From positions 32,001-96,000 of IMG/VR virus record IMGVR_UViG_3300023174_000053: a DNA stretch of 64,000 nucleotides, one strand, 5' to 3'. This DNA is from a virus. The position numbers were made by a program, and so were the translations under genes. This document shows positions 8,665 to 18,201 of this stretch, one piece after another. Each line of letters opens with the position of its first letter. The stretch's first letter is position 1. The notes below the pieces were generated by a model. That model was not told the DNA's origin. It searched no databases and was given only the letters and a program-made list of their open reading frames with translations.

Positions 8665-9181
8665 TAGGTTTTAAAACTTTTACCAACTGTTCAACCAAAG
8701 ATTTGCCAATAAGAGCCGCAGCGACACTAGCAGTAGCAGTGGTGCCAGATAATACAACCGTTTGTGTAGAGGGGACTGGAATTGGTCCAATATAAGGAAC
8801 ATTAATAGTCGGAGCATCTATTTCTGGTGTTGAAGAATCAATCTTCTGTTGTTGTGGTGGTAATGAAATTGGTGCTTGTTTTAAAGTATCAGTAATTGAT
8901 TTAGTGTCTGGAAGTCCTCTGGATTTATCTTGTATTTCTTCTTCTTTCTTTGGTTCTTGTTGGGCATTTACCATTTTCCTAAACTCTTCAGTTGTAGGAG
9001 CATCAATAGGTTCATAGTTTGGAATACCATCCATAGGAACATCCACAATAGGTTTTGGAAGTGTTCTATTAATTGGTATAAGAATAGGTGGAGGTTCCAA
9101 ATTACGAATAACTGGAACCTCCACCCTTGGTGTTTCTATACTATTTGTTTTTATATCAGGAATTTCTGGTACGTTTGGCAT
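8453..9181 (-). CDS. proline-rich protein with a C-terminal hydrophobic segment
   Basis: PxIP/PxVP repeats, TTATASVAAALIG segment, basic C-terminus. Confidence 0.75.
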   Translation of the reverse strand: MPNVPEIPDIKTNSIETPRVEVPVIRNLEPPPILIPINRTLPKPIVDVPMDGIPNYEPIDAPTTEEFRKMVNAQQEPKKEEEIQDKSRGLPDTKSITDTLKQAPISLPPQQQKIDSSTPEIDAPTINVPYIGPIPVPSTQTVVLSGTTATASVAAALIGKSLVEQLVKVLKPIIEQTFVRGKQLLNRDLTPYETQMLFALELDKKTLKLLKKEQKAEKLRQRQEFAESRRHPHISLRREKKE

Positions 9182-9575
9182 CTAATTCAGCAAAGTTTTT
9201 CTTTTTTGTACCTCCATCGTAAGACCAGGCCATGCCAGCATCAATCATTTGTTCATTAAGTGAGTTTGTTTGGTCATTAATGAATAGGTGACCAATAATT
9301 CTTCCATACTTCTCAGTACTATCTGGAAGCTCAGTTTTAATTAAAATGTTCTTAGCATTTTCTATTTTATGCTTCAACCATTCTTTTGACTCAATCCCAT
9401 ACTTTTTCTCATTAACATCTGCCGTTCTTGATTCGGGAGTATCTACACCAGCAAGACGAATTCTTTTTTCTAATGCAATATCAAACCCCAAATCTATTGA
9501 TGCGTCAATCGTATCACCATCAACTACTTTTAAAATCTGTTTGATTCTGTAAATATAAGGATCCTTATTATCCAT
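9156..9575 (-). CDS. thermonuclease (SNase-like)
   Basis: VVDGDTID, RIRLAGVDTPE, KYGRIIG, LNEQMIDAGMA. Confidence 0.92.
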   Translation of the reverse strand: MDNKDPYIYRIKQILKVVDGDTIDASIDLGFDIALEKRIRLAGVDTPESRTADVNEKKYGIESKEWLKHKIENAKNILIKTELPDSTEKYGRIIGHLFINDQTNSLNEQMIDAGMAWSYDGGTKKKNFAELDAKRTRNS

Positions 9576-9799
9576 CAGAATGGTAACTTAAACTTCGAAG
9601 TATTTAGGTTGGGAATGGGTAATTTTTGAAATGCTTTGCCGACTTGTTCTTCCACAACTTTATCTACGATGGAACTTACAAAGTCTTCTGGGTGATTGAT
9701 AATCGTTTCTGCTTTTTTGTAGGTTATATAAGCACCAACTGCTAAACCTAAAGATACAGTTAAACTGAGTGCTGATAGAATTAGTGATAGTTCTTTCAT
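9575..9799 (-). CDS. small single-TM membrane protein
   Basis: MKELSLILSALSLTVSLGLAVGAY; start placed by the ATGA overlap. Confidence 0.65.
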   Translation of the reverse strand: MKELSLILSALSLTVSLGLAVGAYITYKKAETIINHPEDFVSSIVDKVVEEQVGKAFQKLPIPNLNTSKFKLPF

Positions 9800-9906
9800 T
9801 CCCTTTCCTCTAAATATGCCATTCTTAGTATATAGTAAATACAATAACAAGTAAAAATTAAACCAGAACCGAGAATTATGCAAACTCCCCAAGGAAAATC
9901 AGTCAT
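9796..9906 (-). CDS. 36 aa membrane peptide (MTDFPWGVCIILGSGLIFTCYCIYYILRMAYLEERE)
   Basis: Hand-translated; ATGA overlaps at both ends. Confidence 0.6.
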   Translation of the reverse strand: MTDFPWGVCIILGSGLIFTCYCIYYILRMAYLEERE

Positions 9907-10097
9907 TCTCTTCCTTCCTCTTTGTGTATAAAAACTTTTAAATCTTTAACATACTTTCTTAGTATCTGTGCCTGTTCCTCATGCCAAAAATTACCCGTCT
10001 CCAAATGAAGACGGGTGTGGTTATCTATGGCTTTCAGAATTTGATGTATTGGTTTATTCCAACACTCACGTTTGGGAGTGTTCCACTCTCTTGCCAT
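9903..10097 (-). CDS. conserved cyanophage hypothetical protein
   Basis: REWNTPKRECWNKPIHQILKAIDNH. Confidence 0.75.
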   Translation of the reverse strand: MAREWNTPKRECWNKPIHQILKAIDNHTRLHLETGNFWHEEQAQILRKYVKDLKVFIHKEEGRE

Positions 10098-10103
10098 AAG
10101 TCC

Positions 10104-10208
10104 TCATTTTTTCTTGCCACCATTCTTTGCTTTCTTTGCTGTAGCATTCCCTTGATTCTGTTTGGAACCATTGGAATCTTTCTTGCCTTTGTTTGATGAT
10201 TTTGCCAT
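10104..10208 (-). CDS. 34 aa basic peptide (MAKSSNKGKKDSNGSKQNQGNATAKKAKNGGKKK)
   Basis: Hand-translated; TAATG coupling with the upstream gene. Confidence 0.6.
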   Translation of the reverse strand: MAKSSNKGKKDSNGSKQNQGNATAKKAKNGGKKK

Positions 10209-10552
10209 TATGCACCAGTTGTACGAGGTTGAACTTGTCCTTCCTCAAGTGCTTCAACTCTTTCTTCAAGAGATACAGTTGTTTCGTCAATTGTTGAAAC
10301 AGGTGGTTCGGGAGGTGCTTCTACAACTGTCTCAGTTCTTGGAAGTTCCTTCTTTTCATCTTCATCATCACCACCTTTCTTCATTGTATTAATACCAAAA
10401 GTAGCAGCAGAAGCAGTAAATACTGTAGCAATGAATGTGGGATCCATTTTAGCAAACATACCAGCATAACTTGCGGTAAGTAGTGCGGCAGACCAACTCA
10501 AAATCACAACACGAATTAGTTGTCCCATACCATTTTCCTTTTTGTTGTTCAT
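10208..10552 (-). CDS. two-TM membrane protein, holin candidate
   Basis: Two hydrophobic helices and a charged C-tail, immediately downstream of the lysozyme. Confidence 0.6.
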   Translation of the reverse strand: MNNKKENGMGQLIRVVILSWSAALLTASYAGMFAKMDPTFIATVFTASAATFGINTMKKGGDDEDEKKELPRTETVVEAPPEPPVSTIDETTVSLEERVEALEEGQVQPRTTGA

Positions 10553-10570
10553 TTTTGTTAGTTTAATAGG

Positions 10571-11242
10571 TTAACCTTTTTTCCAAGATTCACCTTCTGC
10601 TTTTCTTCTACGAGCAAGTCCTGCTTCTACATTAGATCCAGGATTTCTGTACAAGTAAATCGCATCGGGAACTAAGTCCCATTCTTTATTCTTCAGTGTG
10701 CGTGTAATAGTATTGAAATTATCACCACCATAAAAACCAGCACCAAGATTATAAGCAAAGGAGAGAAGTGCTCCTCTTTTGCCGTCAGACATTTCATTCC
10801 AGTGTGGAATTTTACGAAGTGATGGAAGAAACTGGTTCTTACATTGAGTAATCAATAACTCATCTGCTTCCTGTTGAGTGATGGTATCACCCATATGGAA
10901 TGGTGATCCATCCTTCTTACGGGTAGTTCCCCAACCTATGGTGATTGGAAGTCCACCTGAGAGAGGATCTGGATATGCTTTGAGATGGCATCCTTCAAAC
11001 TCTTTAATGAGTTTTAGACCTGTCATGGGCATATCATCACCACCTGCTACAGGAGCGGCAGCAGTTGATGTAGATGCTGGTGTCGCATTACCCCTTTTTC
11101 CTCTATAAATCTCCGCCCAATCTACAGTATCATCAAGATACTTAACCGGGAGATTATCTTCTAACCACTGAACTGCTTTGATGTGATTAGGGTTCTTCTC
11201 GTCATAAAACTTGAAGAAGTTGTGTAAGTCGATACGTGCCAT
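10571..11242 (-). CDS. GH24 phage lysozyme (endolysin) with N-terminal accessory domain
   Basis: LIKEFEGC..AYPD...TIGWG, ALLSFAYNLG, GLARRRKAE. Confidence 0.92.
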   Translation of the reverse strand: MARIDLHNFFKFYDEKNPNHIKAVQWLEDNLPVKYLDDTVDWAEIYRGKRGNATPASTSTAAAPVAGGDDMPMTGLKLIKEFEGCHLKAYPDPLSGGLPITIGWGTTRKKDGSPFHMGDTITQQEADELLITQCKNQFLPSLRKIPHWNEMSDGKRGALLSFAYNLGAGFYGGDNFNTITRTLKNKEWDLVPDAIYLYRNPGSNVEAGLARRRKAEGESWKKG

Positions 11243-11260
11243 TAGTTTTCTCCTTATGTA

Positions 11261-11932
11261 TCAATCGAAAATGCGACCCCAACCATCGTTGCCACCTGGG
11301 CACCAACGATGCTTAAGAACTGCTTTGGTGTAAATGGTCTTCTTACCATTTTCTACTGGTCCAGTATAGTTATCATTTAACGAACCATAAGGATCGTTAA
11401 CATAATATCCTTTACCATCTGGTGTCTTACCAATAATTACACACATGTGCCCACCAGTAGGTGAAGAAAGAGAACCCCTATGAAGAATACCAATAACAAC
11501 AGGTTTACCAGCATCCAAACTCTTATCAATATCAGAGAAAGAAAGATTGTAACTAAAGTGTGACTTAACACCAAAACCTTGTAGAACTTTGGTTTGAACT
11601 GAGTGATCAGTTGTGTCACCAATGGCAAATACTTTCTTAACATACTCATCATCACCTTTGATGCTTCCTGGTTTTAGGAACGCAAGGCACATAGCACACG
11701 ATGAAGAGTTACATGTGCGGTGAGCATCTCTGTAGTTGTCTACTTGATTAAAGTAAGGAACCGACAATACTGATGGTGTTGGCGGTTTTGTTCTAAACAT
11801 TCCTATCCACTCGGTTTCAGAATCATCAAGGAATTCAGCAGGTAGGTTATCCTCTAACCATTGAACTGCTGCTACATGATTTGCATTACCATCATCATAA
11901 TACTTAAAAAAGTTATGAAGATCCAGTGTCAT
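11261..11932 (-). CDS. C39-like cysteine peptidase with the same N-terminal domain
   Basis: VPYFNQ..RTCNSSSCAM, GKPVVIG, GGHM, VNDPYG. Confidence 0.88.
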   Translation of the reverse strand: MTLDLHNFFKYYDDGNANHVAAVQWLEDNLPAEFLDDSETEWIGMFRTKPPTPSVLSVPYFNQVDNYRDAHRTCNSSSCAMCLAFLKPGSIKGDDEYVKKVFAIGDTTDHSVQTKVLQGFGVKSHFSYNLSFSDIDKSLDAGKPVVIGILHRGSLSSPTGGHMCVIIGKTPDGKGYYVNDPYGSLNDNYTGPVENGKKTIYTKAVLKHRWCPGGNDGWGRIFD

Positions 11933-12040
11933 TTTACCTCGTTTGTAACACTATCCTATTTAGATGATGCTGTTTTTATTAACAAAACAACAACAAAAAT
12001 TGAAAAATAAATTTGGAAAATATGATAAATCATCCAAATA

Positions 12041-12070
12041 AAAAAATCCTCACCCTATTTAGAGTGAGGA
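12041..12070 (-). terminator. intrinsic terminator after the hli cluster
   Basis: TCCTCAC...GTGAGGA followed by a T-run. Confidence 0.65.
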
Positions 12071-12100
12071 TAAGTATGATTACCTATTTGTGTTAGTGTT

Positions 12101-12220
12101 TTAAAACACGCCAGGAAGAATCTGCCCAGTTGTGAGATATGTTCCAACTGCGATTACGAATCCAAGCATAGCAAGTCGTCCGTTTAAAATCTCTCCCTCA
12201 GGTGTAAATCCAAATTTCAT
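12101..12220 (-). CDS. hli: high-light inducible protein (39 aa)
   Basis: Hand-translated MKFGFTPEGEILNGRLAMLGFVIAVGTYLTTGQILPGVF; ExxNGRxAMxG motif. Confidence 0.92.
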   Translation of the reverse strand: MKFGFTPEGEILNGRLAMLGFVIAVGTYLTTGQILPGVF

Positions 12221-12231
12221 TTTAGTTCTCC

Positions 12232-12318
12232 TTAATAAGTTTCTGAAAGTTGATCAATAGAATGTGCAAGAAGCACAAAGAAGGCAATGCTTGTGATGGT
12301 AAAGATTGCTTCACTCAT
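12232..12318 (-). CDS. 28 aa membrane peptide between hli genes (MSEAIFTITSIAFFVLLAHSIDQLSETY)
   Basis: Hand-translated; tightly packed between two hli genes. Confidence 0.6.
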   Translation of the reverse strand: MSEAIFTITSIAFFVLLAHSIDQLSETY

Positions 12319-12527
12319 CATACTACACCAAAGAAGAGATGTCCAGTAATAGCATAAGATACAAGTCCAGCAATGATGCCAAGCATTGCCCAACGACCGT
12401 TAGCAAGTTCTGCTCGTTCGTTATGAGTCATCATACCATACTTGATGGCATCGGCATCAGAGATGTACATCTTGGGTTCTTTAGCAAACATGTTTTGTTG
12501 CCCGAACTCATTAGTCGTTACAGTCAT
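12318..12527 (-). CDS. hli: high-light inducible protein
   Basis: NMFAKEP, AELANGRWAMLG. Confidence 0.95.
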   Translation of the reverse strand: MTVTTNEFGQQNMFAKEPKMYISDADAIKYGMMTHNERAELANGRWAMLGIIAGLVSYAITGHLFFGVV

Positions 12528-12537
12528 TTTCCGTTTT

Positions 12538-12584
12538 GTTACGAAACATTACACAATTATATAGCAAATATAAAGGGGTGTCAA
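12538..12584 (-). promoter_or_regulatory. consensus sigma70 promoter (TTGACA-17-TATAAT) with an HLR1-like direct repeat over the start site
   Basis: -35 at 12579-12584, -10 at 12556-12561; GTTACGAA-AC-ATTACACA at 12538-12555. Confidence 0.75.
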
Positions 12585-12587
12585 GTC

Positions 12588-13382
12588 TTACTTGCCTTCC
12601 CATCCTGGGGGAAGGGTTCCAAAGTAAGGATCATAATCAAATATTTCATTCCAATCAGAAATATCAACTGCTTGATTTCTCCAAAAATGCCACAATCCTT
12701 CATAACTTGATTTGTGAAATACATCTACATGCTCTGTATGAATGGAAGATCCCAATTCAATTCTATAAAGAAATAAAGGTATAGCAAAAGTATTTCCTGA
12801 GTTATAAATCAAATCATCCGCAACTGCTCTTGGTTTAACTCCATTATCAAGCTTATACTTATCACCACGAACGTGAAGATTGATAATTTTTTGTGCATGA
12901 TATCGAGTAATTAAATAGCAAGCAGTCGAAAAATCATTTACAAATCTGCGGTGCATCTTGAGATGGACTTGTGCAGGATTAATAATCGCAAGTTGAATGA
13001 CATCATAATCATAAGGAACTTTAGAAAAGAAATCTTTCCAAGTAAATCCCCAATGCTTTACCGTATCAAGATCACAATCATCTTCCATAATTAAGGCATA
13101 AGGTGAATCAGAAGTTTCCAAAAAATGTTGAAGGGCCTTCAGGTGCGATGTCACGCAACCAACCTCACTAGAGGACATATTATCAGGATAACGACCTTTA
13201 AGAATATCTCCAAGGTCTCTCCCGTCCCTTCCATCATAAGCAGAGATACGAGTATAATTTTCAATCTCCCAATACTTGAATTGATCCTCCATATATTCTC
13301 TTCTTTCTGGTTGCCCATCAAGATTTAAATAATAGATTGGACCAATACCTTGAAGTTTATAAGTTGATTTGTTTTTATCCAT
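12588..13382 (-). CDS. glycosyltransferase family 25
   Basis: IYYLNLD..ERR, EVGCVTSH, LIMEDD. Confidence 0.88.
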   Translation of the reverse strand: MDKNKSTYKLQGIGPIYYLNLDGQPERREYMEDQFKYWEIENYTRISAYDGRDGRDLGDILKGRYPDNMSSSEVGCVTSHLKALQHFLETSDSPYALIMEDDCDLDTVKHWGFTWKDFFSKVPYDYDVIQLAIINPAQVHLKMHRRFVNDFSTACYLITRYHAQKIINLHVRGDKYKLDNGVKPRAVADDLIYNSGNTFAIPLFLYRIELGSSIHTEHVDVFHKSSYEGLWHFWRNQAVDISDWNEIFDYDPYFGTLPPGWEGK

Positions 13383-13397
13383 TATTATAATTTATAT

Positions 13398-15131
13398 TTA
13401 AGAATTTAAAATTTGTTTTTTATCATAAGGTGAATGTATAATTCTGGATTTAAAATTAAATTGATCATCAGGATAATCTCCAGGTTTTGCAAATGAAGGA
13501 CTTAAAACATTAAAATTATCTATATTTTCTATTCTATATTTGTTTAAATAACTTTCATCATGAGCAACAGTGATAATTTCATTTTTTAAATCTTCTAATA
13601 TTCTATCATCTAATTCTTCAATCATATCGATGATATCTGGAATTTTTCCTCCCCACACACACCCCTGAAGATACAAATCGTCTTTTTGATCTTCTATTTT
13701 AACACATGCTAAAGACTTTTCATTTCTTTCAAATGGAAGTTTTTCTCCAGATGATGAAGTAAATTTACATAAATTTGAATTTTGGCAAGGATGCTGAACA
13801 CCAAAAAATGACTTACTTTCATCAAAAAATTCTTCATATCCAATAACTTCGGAACAACAATACATATCAGCATCAAAATATACATACCAATCATAATTTA
13901 AAAGTTGTTTTTTAATTTTTTTGAGTTCACCAAATCTTCTCAATCCACCAATACTATTATAAGTCAACTTATATCTATCAGAATAATCCGATATAGTTAT
14001 TTCATCATTTTCAGATACTGGTATTATTTTAATATTTTCTGGGAGATTTCCATCAAGATCACCATCAGTAAAGACGAAAAAATCTTTTTCACATTCAGGA
14101 ACAAAATATTCCATAAATGTTTCATAATACTTAGGGAAAAATTTAAGATAATTTCCACTACCAATAAAATTAATTGCTATTTTCTTTTTGGACATCATTT
14201 TTTCAATATTTGGTAAGTAATAGTTTTGAATGACTGTTTCCCAATCAAATTGTTTTGCATATTCCAATATTTCTTCCCTATGTGAAATTGAATATTCTCT
14301 ATTTTTTACAATTTGATTTTCAATATAATTTATATCATTTATTTTATCTTCAGAAATAATAGTAATAAACTCTTTATTTGGATCTAAATTTGCTTTTCCC
14401 CATTCACAAACAACTACACCAAGTCCAGCAGCAAGTGCTTCCATACAAACTAGAGGATGTGCTTCTCCATCAGAAAGAAGTACAAGATTTCCATAGTCAG
14501 TTAAATTTTCATACAAATATTGTTTGTCCCATTCTCCAAGATAATTTTTATTTTTATCAAATCTATCATCTCTAATATTTCCAGCATACCAAAGAGATTT
14601 AATATCTTGAAATAAAAATTGCCTTTTTCTGTGATCTATAGTTGCCAAATAAATTGATTTATGAAAAAATTTTGGATTTTTAGATATTTTAAAATTTTCA
14701 AAATTTACACCATTGGGATTCAAAAATAATTTATTAGATGGAATATCACATACATCTTTATAAACTTTATTGATACTATCAGAGAGTCCAAATAAATTAG
14801 GTTTAATTTTTGAATATACATCAAATACTCTTTCTTTATATGGACCCATCATTTCAGGTCTTTCTAAATATGCAAAGTGTGTTGTTATAGCGCATGGATA
14901 CTTTATATGGGGATAAAGATATACATAATCATCATAATGAATGTGAACAAAATCTGGATTAAATTTATCTATTTGTTCTATAACTTCATTTAAATTTTGT
15001 GTATTAATAATTTGAATTTCATGCCCCAACTTTTCTAAAGTTAGTTTATAATCCCATATCAAAATTTCTATTGCACCCCAACCAGTAGGTGGGATAGGCA
15101 TAATACCTGGACCGATTAAAGAAATTTTCAT
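13398..15131 (-). CDS. two-domain glycosyltransferase (GT4-like N-terminal + GT6-like C-terminal)
   Basis: PIPPTGWGAIE, DGEAHPLVCMEALAAG; FIGSGNY, FVFTD, YFDAD, GCVWGG, HDESYLNKY. Confidence 0.85.
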   Translation of the reverse strand: MKISLIGPGIMPIPPTGWGAIEILIWDYKLTLEKLGHEIQIINTQNLNEVIEQIDKFNPDFVHIHYDDYVYLYPHIKYPCAITTHFAYLERPEMMGPYKERVFDVYSKIKPNLFGLSDSINKVYKDVCDIPSNKLFLNPNGVNFENFKISKNPKFFHKSIYLATIDHRKRQFLFQDIKSLWYAGNIRDDRFDKNKNYLGEWDKQYLYENLTDYGNLVLLSDGEAHPLVCMEALAAGLGVVVCEWGKANLDPNKEFITIISEDKINDINYIENQIVKNREYSISHREEILEYAKQFDWETVIQNYYLPNIEKMMSKKKIAINFIGSGNYLKFFPKYYETFMEYFVPECEKDFFVFTDGDLDGNLPENIKIIPVSENDEITISDYSDRYKLTYNSIGGLRRFGELKKIKKQLLNYDWYVYFDADMYCCSEVIGYEEFFDESKSFFGVQHPCQNSNLCKFTSSSGEKLPFERNEKSLACVKIEDQKDDLYLQGCVWGGKIPDIIDMIEELDDRILEDLKNEIITVAHDESYLNKYRIENIDNFNVLSPSFAKPGDYPDDQFNFKSRIIHSPYDKKQILNS

Positions 15132-16024
15132 TTAAAAGAAATCCAATTAATTAAATTTACTTGAGGTTTCCACTCAAAAACATTTTTAATTTTATCTATA
15201 TTTGCAAGTGTTGTTTTTGCTTCTCCAGATCTTGGGGGAATAAAAACATAATTATCGGAAATAATTTTAGCAATTTCTATTATAGAAATATTTTCTCCAG
15301 TTCCAACATTATAAACTTGTCCATAATATTTCTCATCAATCTCTTTTGTTGCCGCAACTATATTTGCATTCACTACATCATAAACATGAACAAAATCTCT
15401 TTTTTGCATCCCATCATCTACAATTGTCAATGATTGATTATTTCTTTTTTGTTTTTGAAAAATACCAATCACTGGGGCATATTGTCCTGTTGTAGGACAT
15501 CTTTCTCCATAGACATTAAAATACCGAAGTATAATTGTCTTCAATCCATACAAATTAGTATACATCTTACAGAGTTTCTCTCCAGCAATTTTAGATACCG
15601 AATAGGGATTTAAACAATCATCAGGTTGATTTTCAACATTTGGGTATGGATTCATTCCATATCCAGAAGAAGTAGAAGAATAAATGACTTTTTTTACTCC
15701 TGCTTCTCTTGCACATTGAAGAACAGTACATGTTCCAACAGCATTTTTTGTTACTGCTTCAATAGGATTTAAGATTGCTGGTTGAAGTCTTGATTCTGCG
15801 GCAAGATGAAAAACATAATCAACTCCATCATAAAGAGATCTAGTTTTTTTATAATCACAAATATCATACTTATAATTTTGCGATTTATCATTCCAATAAA
15901 ATTTTTCATTACATTCAGAACTTTCATTATCAATTGTGATAACTTTATGTCCCTGTTTGATTAATTCATCAACAAGATTTGAACCAATAAATCCTGCTCC
16001 ACCAGTCACTAAACATTTAGTCAT
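15128..16024 (-). CDS. NAD-dependent nucleotide-sugar epimerase/dehydratase
   Basis: VTGGAGFIGS, YSVSK, LRYFNVYG, RDFVHV. Confidence 0.92.
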   Translation of the reverse strand: MTKCLVTGGAGFIGSNLVDELIKQGHKVITIDNESSECNEKFYWNDKSQNYKYDICDYKKTRSLYDGVDYVFHLAAESRLQPAILNPIEAVTKNAVGTCTVLQCAREAGVKKVIYSSTSSGYGMNPYPNVENQPDDCLNPYSVSKIAGEKLCKMYTNLYGLKTIILRYFNVYGERCPTTGQYAPVIGIFQKQKRNNQSLTIVDDGMQKRDFVHVYDVVNANIVAATKEIDEKYYGQVYNVGTGENISIIEIAKIISDNYVFIPPRSGEAKTTLANIDKIKNVFEWKPQVNLINWISFK

Positions 16025-16757
16025 AATTTTCCATTTCTTGTTTTTTTAATTTTATAGATTCATATATTGAAGTCTTCAATTTAGTAGAAGAATACTCATG
16101 AGATTCTCTATCCAACCAAACAATTTGAATTGAAATATTTTCTCCTGTATAAGGTCTTGTTTTATAATCAGTACCTAAAAACCTTATATTATATTCCCCA
16201 CTTCTCAAATAGTCAAGATATTCTTCTTCTACTTTATAAGTAACCACATCATCAATATATTTGATGCTTCTAAGAATCTCCATCCTTTCTTCAACACTTT
16301 GAACTGGTTGAAGTTTATATGATCGTTCTACTGATGGATCTTCATGAAGTGCAACTGTTAAATGATTACAATACAATTTAGCATCCTTAAACATGCGGAT
16401 ATATCCAGGATGAATTACATCAAAAGCACTCGCAATAATACCTTTTTTTAATGAGCAAGTTTTTTTCCACTCTTCTACATTAATACCCTTATCATCAATA
16501 AACAGATGCGCGTGTGGTTTCACATGCATAATAAGTTGGTGATGATAAACTCCCCAAGCACGTAACTGCTCTTTGGTGAGATCTGAATGATCCACACCAC
16601 TCACGCATCCACGAGCAGTCATAATTATAATTTTATGTCCACAATTAAAAAGACGATTAATCTCTTTAACAACTGTTAAATCGGGAAGTGCGTTTTGATA
16701 CTGACTCCCCTCAACAGAAGTACAGATAGTTCCATCTAAATCAAAACAATAAATCAT
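16017..16757 (-). CDS. HAD phosphatase fused to TagD/HldC-like cytidylyltransferase
   Basis: FDLDGT...FIDDK, then FDVIHPGY...FLGTDY. Confidence 0.85.
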   Translation of the reverse strand: MIYCFDLDGTICTSVEGSQYQNALPDLTVVKEINRLFNCGHKIIIMTARGCVSGVDHSDLTKEQLRAWGVYHHQLIMHVKPHAHLFIDDKGINVEEWKKTCSLKKGIIASAFDVIHPGYIRMFKDAKLYCNHLTVALHEDPSVERSYKLQPVQSVEERMEILRSIKYIDDVVTYKVEEEYLDYLRSGEYNIRFLGTDYKTRPYTGENISIQIVWLDRESHEYSSTKLKTSIYESIKLKKQEMENYD

Positions 16758-17257
16758 ACTACTCCATGCAAAAAGATTTGATGAACACACTCAACGATTC
16801 CATAATCTCTACTGTCAATATGATAGTCCCAGAGAGCATTATTGGCAATACTTCTTGCTTTATTTGTAAAGTTAAAACCAGTCAAAATACCATAAGAAAT
16901 CGTGTTACTCTCACAATACTTAATACAGTTAATAATATTTTTAGATTCACCACCAGAACTAATTAAGATGCAAAGAGTTTCTGGTGTTGAATAATATTCC
17001 AGAAATTTTCGATATGCATTCTCCATTCCAAAATCATTAATAAAACAAGTCAACATTGATGGATCAGAAAACACCAAAGAATTCTTATTATGAAATTTTA
17101 CATAATCCTGAGAGATATGTGATGCAACGGAATTGCTTCCACCATTACCAAGAATGATAATATTATTATACTTGTTGAAGGCATCTTTAAATTTAGAAAA
17201 TTGTTCTTCAATATGAGCACCATGAAGTGCATCAATATAATTTGAAAAAGGATTCAT
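16754..17257 (-). CDS. gmhA: SIS-domain phosphoheptose isomerase (GmhA-like)
   Basis: GNGGS..ASH, NDFG, ISSGGESKNI, YGIVECVH. Confidence 0.8.
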   Translation of the reverse strand: MNPFSNYIDALHGAHIEEQFSKFKDAFNKYNNIIILGNGGSNSVASHISQDYVKFHNKNSLVFSDPSMLTCFINDFGMENAYRKFLEYYSTPETLCILISSGGESKNIINCIKYCESNTISYGILTGFNFTNKARSIANNALWDYHIDSRDYGIVECVHQIFLHGVV

Positions 17258-18201
17258 ATTTTTCTACCAACAACTCCATTAGATTCTACATTTATTTTAA
17301 CAGATTGGTATGGAACAGTCAAGGAATCCTTTTCAGAAAACACGAGAAAAAATCCACCATTACCAGCACCACATAGTTTATGAGCAAGAACAGTTTCATT
17401 TTCATTTAATTGTTCGTCTATTTCTTTTATAGTAGAACTCTCAGTAATTGTGGAACTTGTTTTCTTTTTTTGAATCCAACTTTTATTCAAATAATTAAGA
17501 AACTTGCCATAATCTTTTTGGAGAAGAGCATCATATGCCTTATCTACAGTTGCAAGAAGTGGTTTAGACTTATCAATGTTATCAGTAACATCTTTCAAAA
17601 CATTTTTGGAATTGCGAGTTACTCCAGTAAAGACAAGATGAGCATCATATATTTTAAAGAATTCTGTTGGAAGAAAATCATATTTTACGATTCCACCTTT
17701 CTTAAATTCCATTCTTTTGAATCCACCAATACCACATCCATAAGGATCTTGATATCCACAATAAGGATTCATTTCTAGTTCTAATTGATATGCAAGTTCG
17801 CAGATTTCAATATCAGTCATCTGCAAATCATTAAATATAGAAATTGATTTAATTAAACTAATAATATAAGACGAAGATGATGCCAATCCACTTCCCTGTG
17901 AGTAAGCATCACTCGTCATAGAAACATTAATTGGGTGAACTCCAAAATAATTGAGAACAATTCTTACCAATTCATTTTCAATATCTCCAATAAATTCCGT
18001 TTCTTCTCTTTTAGAGTAATTAATAATATATTTGCTCTGATTGTAATTATACCCAATTTTATCCTCATGAAGAGTAATATAGGTTTTTAAATCACAAGTA
18101 AAACTAATTACAGATCCATACCCATACTTTTCTACAAAATATGGATTATCTGTTGAACCACCAAATAAAGAGACTCTTAGTGGACAAGATGATATAATCA
18201 T
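17254..18201 (-). CDS. GHMP sugar kinase (HddA-like heptose-7-phosphate kinase)
   Basis: PLRVSLFGGSTD, GSGLASSS, GYQD, KLCGAGNGGF. Confidence 0.88.
   Translation of the reverse strand: MIISSCPLRVSLFGGSTDNPYFVEKYGYGSVISFTCDLKTYITLHEDKIGYNYNQSKYIINYSKREETEFIGDIENELVRIVLNYFGVHPINVSMTSDAYSQGSGLASSSSYIISLIKSISIFNDLQMTDIEICELAYQLELEMNPYCGYQDPYGCGIGGFKRMEFKKGGIVKYDFLPTEFFKIYDAHLVFTGVTRNSKNVLKDVTDNIDKSKPLLATVDKAYDALLQKDYGKFLNYLNKSWIQKKKTSSTITESSTIKEIDEQLNENETVLAHKLCGAGNGGFFLVFSEKDSLTVPYQSVKINVESNGVVGRKI

Noticed and set aside
10066-10290. 74 aa track ORF
   Set aside because: It overlaps two better-supported same-strand ORFs; the 34 aa basic peptide 10104-10208 fits the gene packing
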